Origin: an uncultured archaeon
GTDB lineage: Archaea; Iainarchaeota; Iainarchaeia; Iainarchaeales; CSSED10-239
DNA length: 14,199 nucleotides
Assembly: GCA_964586355.1 (NCBI GenBank)
Contig: CAZPGO010000028.1
Location: 1-14,199 of the forward strand
Direction: 5' to 3'
Shown: piece after piece, positions 7,460 through 13,040 of the stretch
Position numbering within the stretch: position 1 is the first letter of the stretch
How the letters are laid out: every line of letters starts with the position of its first letter
Translations under genes and position numbers: made by a program
Notes under the pieces: generated by a model
Database searches by the model: none
What the model saw: only the letters and a program-made list of their open reading frames with translations
Told to the model about the DNA's origin: nothing

Positions 7460-7630
7460 ATGAATATTTATGAGTTATTTTATAAAATAATAGAAGATCC
7501 AAGATGTATAAAATATTATAAAGATTTAGCCAAATACTACGAAAAAACAAATAATGAAAAAAAAAATCTATATGAAAAAATTATAAATAAATATGAAAAT
7601 AGCAATAATAATAGTAACAAAAAACAATGA
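7460..7630 (+). CDS. Possible small protein (56 aa from ATG 7460), TPR-like helical repeat flavour
   Basis: MNIYELFYKIIEDPRCIKYYKDLAKYYEKTNNEKKNLYEKIINKYE... The track start at 7442 is a TTG. Contains an A10 run and overlaps the start of the next gene by 38 nt in another frame. Coding status is uncertain. Confidence 0.3.
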   Translation: MNIYELFYKIIEDPRCIKYYKDLAKYYEKTNNEKKNLYEKIINKYENSNNNSNKKQ

Positions 7631-8522
7631 AAAATCAATCAAAAAATGTATAAAGTCACTAGATTTCATTCAAAACAAAAATGTATATTACACAGATTTA
7701 AACAGCTCTGACGATACAGAAGAACATTTAAAGAAATTTATAAAAATAGAAAAAATTTCATCTGGTCCCTGTGACAATAAAAACAACTTAATAAAAAATT
7801 CAAAAGAAGATTGGATTTTATCGATAGAGCCCTGGGAGGAATTGGCCGCCGGGGCAAGTGAAATTCAAAATTTGATAAACAACAAAAAAAACAACAATCA
7901 ATACAAGGCTTTAATTTTAGATAATGAAATAATAAACAAATCAATAAGATTATTTAAAAAAACAAAAGAAACAATATTTAAAAACGAAATATATGAAGAG
8001 ATATATATTAAAAACACACCCACATCAAATATATTAATAAAAAAAAATGAACAAAATATAGAAAATGAAAAAGAAAAAATAGAAAAGTGGATGCTAAAAA
8101 ATAAAACTAATCCAAAATCATATTATTATATGTGTTGTTTTAATTTAAAAAATAAAAACTATTTAGAATTTAAAAAGCATTCAGAAAAATACATTTTTTT
8201 AGAAAAAAATGTAAATTTACCCTCTGTTGTCATGACAAAATACTATCAATCGATAATAAACTTACATGTATTTAAAAATTTTAAACAAAGTGTAAATGAC
8301 ATAATTTTTTGTATTGATCACAAACCAGACATGGCAGAATTTTGGTGTGTTTTAGGTGATATAAACTACAAATTAAATAAATATCAAAAATCAATGTATT
8401 TTTATGAAAATGCAATTATGTTTGGAGAAAACAGAAAAATAGACGATGATTTTTCCATAGAAATAAAAAAATATAAAAAATATCCTGAAGAGATGATAAA
8501 AAGATGCAAAGAATCAATCTAA
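7593..8522 (+). CDS. Glycosyltransferase family 2-like N-domain plus TPR-like C-terminus (309 aa), DxD motif degenerate
   Basis: The N-terminus KIAIIIVTKNNEKSIKKCIKSL...YTDLNSSDDTEEHLKKF...EDWILSIEPWEEL parallels the bacterial GT2-TPR pattern (I.IVKNEE..L..CL.S...IVDTGSTD.T.EI...DWIL.LDADE.L). The DAD position reads EPW. The C-terminal AEFWCVLGDINYKLNKYQKSMYFYENAIMFG looks like a TPR repeat. Confidence 0.5.
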   Translation: MKIAIIIVTKNNEKSIKKCIKSLDFIQNKNVYYTDLNSSDDTEEHLKKFIKIEKISSGPCDNKNNLIKNSKEDWILSIEPWEELAAGASEIQNLINNKKNNNQYKALILDNEIINKSIRLFKKTKETIFKNEIYEEIYIKNTPTSNILIKKNEQNIENEKEKIEKWMLKNKTNPKSYYYMCCFNLKNKNYLEFKKHSEKYIFLEKNVNLPSVVMTKYYQSIINLHVFKNFKQSVNDIIFCIDHKPDMAEFWCVLGDINYKLNKYQKSMYFYENAIMFGENRKIDDDFSIEIKKYKKYPEEMIKRCKESI

Positions 8523-8888
8523 ATTATTTATTACAACTGTAACTTGATCTTCATATCTAGCAACAGCCATTTGCTTACTACCTGGATCTAAACTCTTCAA
8601 TTTTTTTTCTAATTCATGTATAGAACAGTTAATTACCAAAAAATTATTAACAATTTTAAATCCATCTTCAAGTTTTAAGCTATTACTATCTATAGTTTTA
8701 TCTGGGTAGTAGTTATTAATGGTGTCGCTTGCTTCCAATATTATTTTTTTGTAAAAAGGTATATTGCAGCCACATCCAGGATTTTTTTGCCACTTGATTA
8801 AATCTTCTTTTAAACAAGAAGGCAAGCTATCCCTAAACCTCTTGTCCTTTAAGGCAACTTTTATATCAGCCAAGGTTATCTTATTCAT
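8514..8888 (-). CDS. Hypothetical protein (124 aa)
   Basis: Its ATG overlaps the stop of the upstream gene (ATGAATAA, 8888..8881), implying translational coupling. Contains a PGCGCN motif. No family recognised. Confidence 0.6.
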   Translation of the reverse strand: MNKITLADIKVALKDKRFRDSLPSCLKEDLIKWQKNPGCGCNIPFYKKIILEASDTINNYYPDKTIDSNSLKLEDGFKIVNNFLVINCSIHELEKKLKSLDPGSKQMAVARYEDQVTVVINNLD

Positions 8889-9183
8889 TTAAATTTTTAA
8901 TAGATAGAGTTTCAAGTAAATTCAGCAATGTAGCATGAAAATGAGAAAGAAGACTGCATAAACAACCGCAGGAAAAAATAAAGAAAAAGTTTTTAGATAA
9001 TAAAAAATAACTTAAAAATACGCCACACCAAAAACCACAACACATATAACACTCAAATAAATTGTGTAAATAAGAAGGAATATGCAACCTCAAAAAAGCT
9101 CTAACACTATTAAAGATGGCTCCGTCTATTATAATGTGGGTCATACCAACAGACCCTAATATAAAAACAATAAGTTCTTGCAT
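8881..9183 (-). CDS. Small Cys-rich membrane protein, DUF1360-like (100 aa)
   Basis: Hydrophobic segments. The pattern GMTHIIIDGAIFNSVRAFL...LFECYMCCGFWCGVFL resembles the DUF1360 signature (..T.li..D.i....R....l..C..C.g.W.g), from memory. Multiple Cys residues. Confidence 0.45.
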   Translation of the reverse strand: MQELIVFILGSVGMTHIIIDGAIFNSVRAFLRLHIPSYLHNLFECYMCCGFWCGVFLSYFLLSKNFFFIFSCGCLCSLLSHFHATLLNLLETLSIKNLNE

Positions 9184-9199
9184 AAAAAAATTATAACAG

Positions 9200-9538
9200 T
9201 TATCTCCAACAAGTCAAGAAAACTTGAGTCTTATTTTTAAATAAACAAAAATTTAAGTAATCTTTTAGATTGGCTTCGTTTAATGAATTAAAATTATTAA
9301 CAATATTGTTTTCTATTTTTTTTAAACAAATCTTTTTATTGTAGAATTTTTCTATTTCTTTCAAGTCACTCTCATCTATTAAATTCAATAGTTTTATCTT
9401 TAAGTTTTTAACTTTATTTATATCTCCTGTGGCCTTGCTTGATGCCCACTCTTGAAAAATTGAAAAATATTTTCTATGAATAAAATCAATATTTTTCATA
9501 AAGATACAATCTTCAATATTAAAAAAATTTATTAGCAT
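9200..9538 (-). CDS. Hypothetical protein (112 aa)
   Basis: ATG ORF and first gene of a three-gene minus-strand block. Its start codon lies inside the hairpin at 9532-9565. No family recognised. Confidence 0.5.
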   Translation of the reverse strand: MLINFFNIEDCIFMKNIDFIHRKYFSIFQEWASSKATGDINKVKNLKIKLLNLIDESDLKEIEKFYNKKICLKKIENNIVNNFNSLNEANLKDYLNFCLFKNKTQVFLTCWR

Positions 9539-9565
9539 AGAAAAAAGTTTTTTTTACTATGCTAA
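9532..9565. promoter_or_regulatory. Extended hairpin / palindrome in a divergent intergenic region, containing the ATG of the 112-aa gene
   Basis: TTAGCATAG (9532-9540) pairs perfectly with CTATGCTAA (9557-9565). The inner A5/T5 pairing (9542-9546 with 9551-9555) extends the stem after one mismatch, leaving a 4-nt loop. Confidence 0.4.
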
Positions 9566-9606
9566 AATAGTAAAATTAACCACAATTAAAATTAAAGGAA
9601 AAAAAT

Positions 9607-10617
9607 ATGTCAGAAGAAGATGTTTACAGAGTAAGAAGTGAAAAAAATGAATCATCAGAAAACCAGGAAAAATTAAATAAAATAGAAAATATGAGAAAAA
9701 TGGCCAACGAAGAATCTCAGGTCAAAAAAGAAAATTTTCCTTTTGAAGTAAAAGGCAACATACCAAATCAGCTTTTAAATAAAATCCAAGGAGAAAAAAG
9801 CGATTCAAGAGTAGAAACTATATCAGGATCTAGTGAACTAAAAGAAATACTAGAAGCAATAAAATCAAAAGCAGTTTATGAAAAAATAAGCCTTCCATCA
9901 AATGGAAGATTTTATAATGGAGAAGACGGCCCAACAGATGGAGTTTTAAGCATAAGACCAATGACAGGAGAAGAAGAGCAAATATTGGCAACACAAAGAT
10001 TTATCAAAAAGGGCACAGCACTAGACATGATATTTTCTCGGTGCATAAAGGAACCTTTTAAAGTTGAAAACCTATTGACGGTGGACAGAACATATCTCTT
10101 AATTTACCTAAGAGGAATAAGTTACTCAAACTTATATGAAGTAGAAATAAAGTGTCCAGAATGTGATTCAAAATTCTCCACAGAACTAGACTTGGACTCT
10201 TTGGAAGTAGAATATTGCCCAGAAAATTTCGGACCCATTTTAGAAGATAAACTACCTACTTCGGGACTGTCTTTCTCCTACAGGCTATCAAAAGGAGGAG
10301 ATGAAACAGAAATACAAAGACACAGAGAAAGAAGGATTAAAAATTTTGGAGACTCAACAGACGATACTCTTATTTACAGAACCGCTCTTTTAACAGAAAG
10401 AATAGAAGGCATAACAGAAAAAAGAGAACTTCAAACTTTAATAAAAAATTTACCAATATCAGATGTGAATTATTTAAGAAATTGCACAAGCGAACCTCCT
10501 TTTGGAGTAGATACAAAAGTACAAATTGCTTGCCCAATGTGCTTGGCCGAATTTGAAGTGGAGTTGCCACTTGAATCAAATTTTTTCTTCCCAAAGAAGA
10601 GGAGGGAGAAGGAGTAG
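9607..10617 (+). CDS. Baseplate hub protein, T4 gp26 family-like (336 aa) with an extra about 85-aa acidic/basic N-terminal extension
   Basis: AAGGA ribosome-binding site 7 nt before the ATG. The core KISLPSNGRFY...GVLSIRPMTGEEEQILATQ resembles the T4_baseplate/gp26 family signature (LPS.G..Y...v.vrpmt..dE..L), from memory. Two CxxC pairs (CPECDSKF, CPMCLAEF) suggest a zinc ribbon. Confidence 0.55.
   Translation: MSEEDVYRVRSEKNESSENQEKLNKIENMRKMANEESQVKKENFPFEVKGNIPNQLLNKIQGEKSDSRVETISGSSELKEILEAIKSKAVYEKISLPSNGRFYNGEDGPTDGVLSIRPMTGEEEQILATQRFIKKGTALDMIFSRCIKEPFKVENLLTVDRTYLLIYLRGISYSNLYEVEIKCPECDSKFSTELDLDSLEVEYCPENFGPILEDKLPTSGLSFSYRLSKGGDETEIQRHRERRIKNFGDSTDDTLIYRTALLTERIEGITEKRELQTLIKNLPISDVNYLRNCTSEPPFGVDTKVQIACPMCLAEFEVELPLESNFFFPKKRREKE
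10581..10587 (+). promoter_or_regulatory. Candidate -1 frameshift slippery heptamer T_TTT_TTC
   Basis: The zero frame reads TCA AAT TTT TTC TTC CCA, so the heptamer fits X_XXY_YYZ in the correct phase, 28 nt before the TAG at 10615-10617. The -1 frame is open from 10575 onward. Confidence 0.35.
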
Positions 10618-10817
10618 AAAACTCTTGTTTTAAGCTATGGGAAAGCATAGCTGAGGATATCTTCTTTTTTCAATATCACATGCACCAATCAACAAAAGAT
10701 TGTATGTCATTGCCTATAGATCTAAGAAAATGGCTAATAAATAGATTTATAATGCAAAAAGAAAAAGAAAATGAACAAATGGAAGCAGAGCGTAGAAAAA
10801 TTAAAACTAAGAGGTAA
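10587..10817 (+). CDS. -1 frame extension ORF (76 codons) of the gp26-like gene, or alternatively an independent 45-aa gene from ATG 10680
   Basis: Absent from the ORF track. My translation: LPKEEEGEGVENSCFKLWESIAEDIFFFQYHMHQSTKDCMSLPIDLRKWLINRFIMQKEKENEQMEAERRKIKTKR*. It ends at TAA 10815-10817, 2 nt before the next ATG. It fills an otherwise 202-nt non-coding gap. The internal ATGs (10680, 10704) have no Shine-Dalgarno. Confidence 0.4.
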   Translation, partial: LPKEEEGEGVENSCFKLWESIAEDIFFFQYHMHQSTKDCMSLPIDLRKWLINRFIMQKEKENEQMEAERRKIKTKR

Positions 10818-10819
10818 AG

Positions 10820-11560
10820 ATGTCTAGTGACAGTGACTATCAAATAAAAGAAAGATTTCAAAATCCTAATTGCAATGATATTGTGAGGCTTAGACTTTTT
10901 TCTTTTAATTCAAATGAGAAAAAAAATGTTTTTAAAATAAATAAAGTAAAAATATTACAAGTAAGCCAAGAAGATCAAACAGAACTATTAATAAAAACAA
11001 TAGATCAAGAAGAAATTCAAAATCCATCAAATGGAGAGTATTACATAGATTTACACTTGAATAAAGAAGAATTTACAATAGGAAATTACATAGATAAATG
11101 GGAAATACAGTTTGAAGAAAGCGAAGACTGTTCTGTAAATAACGTAAATAATTTTTTTCAAGTATTACCATCTATATGGTTCACGTCTTCGGGTCCAAAC
11201 ATTTATGATTTTAGCTTTAAGTTTAAACCAAATAAAATAATTTTAGGTAGCAAAAAATACCTAGTCATAGAAATAAACCCTATAACTCCAAGAATAGAAG
11301 ATATAGAAAAGTATTACGCAAATATAGCAATTACATCACAATTAAAAATAAATATAGAAAAAAATTGCGGAAACTGCCCTGTGGAAGAAAAAGAAATAAT
11401 TATAGAAGATGAGCTAGTGAGCTTCAGAGAAAAAAACTTAGGTTACTATTTAATGGACACAACAGAAATGGAAGAAGGAATATATAACATTTGGTTTAAA
11501 TTAGAGCATGGAGAAAACATATACGTATCAGAGAAAAACCAAGTTCAAATATTCTCATGA
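10820..11560 (+). CDS. Hypothetical protein (246 aa); tail/baseplate role possible from position only
   Basis: GAGG ribosome-binding site 5 nt before the ATG. Long clean ORF directly downstream of the hub-like gene. No family recognised. Confidence 0.65.
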   Translation: MSSDSDYQIKERFQNPNCNDIVRLRLFSFNSNEKKNVFKINKVKILQVSQEDQTELLIKTIDQEEIQNPSNGEYYIDLHLNKEEFTIGNYIDKWEIQFEESEDCSVNNVNNFFQVLPSIWFTSSGPNIYDFSFKFKPNKIILGSKKYLVIEINPITPRIEDIEKYYANIAITSQLKINIEKNCGNCPVEEKEIIIEDELVSFREKNLGYYLMDTTEMEEGIYNIWFKLEHGENIYVSEKNQVQIFS

Positions 11561-12121
11561 ATCAACTTTAGAAGAAAAGAAAAAACTATCATCTAGTTTT
11601 ATAAATTCATCTAACGAAATTGCCACCCACTGATTGTAGTTTAAACTATAAGTAAAATTATTACCAACTAAATCCAAATCTTTTTTAAGAATAAAAACCA
11701 GCCAAGGCTTTCTAGATCTTTTCCAAGCCAACAAAGGTTTTTTATTACATCTTTTGGCATCTCTGAAGGCTTGAGTTAAAAACTTATTCAGGTCGCTATT
11801 ACCCCTAACCAAAATTGAATTTAAATCAATGCCGTCATAGCCACCTTTGACTTCTAGTATAAATTTAAATTCAATGGGTGTTATTAAATCAGAACTAAAA
11901 ACATCTTGCGCATGTTTTGGAAGATAAGGAGTTTGACTCCATCTATTACCGCTGCCTATACTTCTAGAAAAAGCTTTTTTAAATCTTTTAGTTAATATTT
12001 TAGCAAGTTCTAATTCCGTCCTGTTGCCCTTCTTTTTAGAATTTATTTTTCTTTTACTCCTGTTGCTCAATATATCGTCTACGACTTGATCTTCGTCTTC
12101 GTCTCTTGGGTATTGTTGCAT
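11555..12121 (-). CDS. PD-(D/E)xK nuclease, archaeal Hjc / phage Holliday-junction-resolvase-like (188 aa)
   Basis: AAGGA ribosome-binding site 6 nt before the ATG. The motif order KKKGNRTELELAKIL...RSIGSG...DVFSSD...FILEVKGG fits the G-x3-E ... SG ... D ... E-V-K pattern of Hjc-type resolvases. Confidence 0.55.
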   Translation of the reverse strand: MQQYPRDEDEDQVVDDILSNRSKRKINSKKKGNRTELELAKILTKRFKKAFSRSIGSGNRWSQTPYLPKHAQDVFSSDLITPIEFKFILEVKGGYDGIDLNSILVRGNSDLNKFLTQAFRDAKRCNKKPLLAWKRSRKPWLVFILKKDLDLVGNNFTYSLNYNQWVAISLDEFIKLDDSFFFSSKVDS

Positions 12122-12239
12122 ACATATCCTTTCTAACCAGACCTATAGGCCTCGAAAAAGTAGCCACATCACCGGCACCACCGGTTGTTCCGTAGCTTAA
12201 AGTAGCCTCATGAGTGTTTAACCAAGCTTTAAAATTCAT
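12054..12239 (-). CDS. Small hypothetical protein (61 aa) overlapping the nuclease gene by 68 nt
   Basis: ATG ORF. The N-terminal 40 aa look like real protein (MNFKAWLNTHEATLSYGTTGGAGDVATFSRPIGLVRKDMY). The Arg-rich tail (KRRRRRSSRRRY) is the alternate-frame reading of the nuclease's acidic N-terminus. Confidence 0.4.
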   Translation of the reverse strand: MNFKAWLNTHEATLSYGTTGGAGDVATFSRPIGLVRKDMYATIPKRRRRRSSRRRYIEQQE

Positions 12240-12357
12240 ATTTATAGAGATATTCTAATATAGTTAACTTAATAAACTTGCATAAAGATTTAATAAAATC
12301 TTACATTAGTATATAGTATTTATTTCAAATAATTTAAGCAAAAACAATAAAAACAAG

Positions 12358-12705
12358 TCAATAAGGAATCCAACCTCTTGTTAATAAATTAAATAATTGC
12401 TTTTTATTTAAATGATAAACTTTTCCACTCAAATCAGAATCATCTACTTTTTGACCAGGTAAATAACTTCTTGTTTTGGCTGTAATTACTACTGATGCAC
12501 CAGTCTTATTTAAGGAACCAGGAACTATTCGGAACGTTCCTCCTTTATATAACTCGTTTCCAATCTTTAAAAAAGTATTAAAATCCTGGTTGAGTTGGCC
12601 ACTACCTTGATTGTCATAAACTTTTAAAAAGTCCTCCCAGCTAATTCCCAATTCATCTTCTAATCCAGATTCATAATTTTCAAAAAACTTTTTAAAGTAT
12701 AACAT
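12358..12705 (-). CDS. Hypothetical protein (115 aa)
   Basis: ATG ORF with ordinary globular-looking composition. Divergent from the gene at 12717, with only 11 nt between start codons. No family recognised. Confidence 0.6.
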   Translation of the reverse strand: MLYFKKFFENYESGLEDELGISWEDFLKVYDNQGSGQLNQDFNTFLKIGNELYKGGTFRIVPGSLNKTGASVVITAKTRSYLPGQKVDDSDLSGKVYHLNKKQLFNLLTRGWIPY

Positions 12706-12716
12706 ACATAATATAT

Positions 12717-13040
12717 ATGTTTAAAAAATTTAAAACTTTTATAAAAGAAAATAAAAAACTAGACGAGTTTTTTTATGAAAAACAAATAACTATGTTTTTT
12801 GAATATAAAAATAAACTATATGGAGCAAAAGAGCAAGACAGAATCATATTTGCAAAAATGAAATCAAATTTAAAAATTAAAAAAAATTATTTAGAATACA
12901 AAAAAGAAAATTTTTATGGCTACCCTATAGAAGATCTATTAAAAGGAGAAGATAAAAAAAAGGAATTTTATAAAAAAGATTTAAAAGAAATAAAAGTACT
13001 ACAAATAGAAAAAGTAAAAGAAAAATTAAAAGATGGATAG
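12717..13040 (+). CDS. Hypothetical Lys-rich protein (107 aa)
   Basis: ATG ORF. Its stop overlaps the next ATG (ATGGATAG, 13033-13040), implying translational coupling to the zinc-finger nuclease gene. Confidence 0.5.
   Translation: MFKKFKTFIKENKKLDEFFYEKQITMFFEYKNKLYGAKEQDRIIFAKMKSNLKIKKNYLEYKKENFYGYPIEDLLKGEDKKKEFYKKDLKEIKVLQIEKVKEKLKDG

Noticed and set aside
7582-7589. Exact TATAAATA on the + strand just before the glycosyltransferase-like gene
   Set aside because: It ends only 3 nt before ATG 7593, which is too close for a T4-type late promoter (motif at about -13 to -6) to include the start codon in the transcript. It also lies inside the candidate small ORF. Similar in-gene hits at 8525-8532(-), 9415-9422(-), 10940s, 11340s and 13620s were also treated as background.
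4097-7853. Recurrence of the GGCCGC/GCGGCC hexamer (about 4097, 4825 and 7848) as a possible recognition site
   Set aside because: There are only three copies, each explained by Ala/Gly/Arg codons in coding sequence, with no shared flanking context. Only the 12-nt G/C run at 7848-7859 is statistically unusual, and it is reported separately.
7460-8522. Frameshift fusion of the small ORF (with its A10 run) to the glycosyltransferase-like ORF
   Set aside because: The glycosyltransferase frame is closed by TAA at 7584-7586, just upstream of its ATG at 7593. No slippage within the A10 run (about 7557-7566) could therefore join the two frames.
9566-9600. Mirror-like repeat TAAAATTAACCACAATTAAAAT upstream of the hub gene
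   Set aside because: It is a mirror repeat rather than an inverted repeat, it is imperfect, and it is made of AT-rich low-complexity sequence. No structural or binding interpretation can be supported.
12100-12150. +1 frameshift joining the 61-aa ORF to the Hjc-like nuclease
   Set aside because: The nuclease frame is closed by TAG 24 nt upstream of its ATG. No slippery or hungry-codon motif is evident in that short window. The nuclease also has its own AAGGA ribosome-binding site and ATG, so two overlapping genes is the simpler reading.
12285-12302. AAGATTT-AATA-AAATCTT hairpin as an intrinsic terminator for the 115-aa gene
   Set aside because: The stem is 7 bp of almost pure A/T and there is no proper downstream U-run on the minus strand (…TATGCAAGTTTATT). 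It is too weak to call a terminator.
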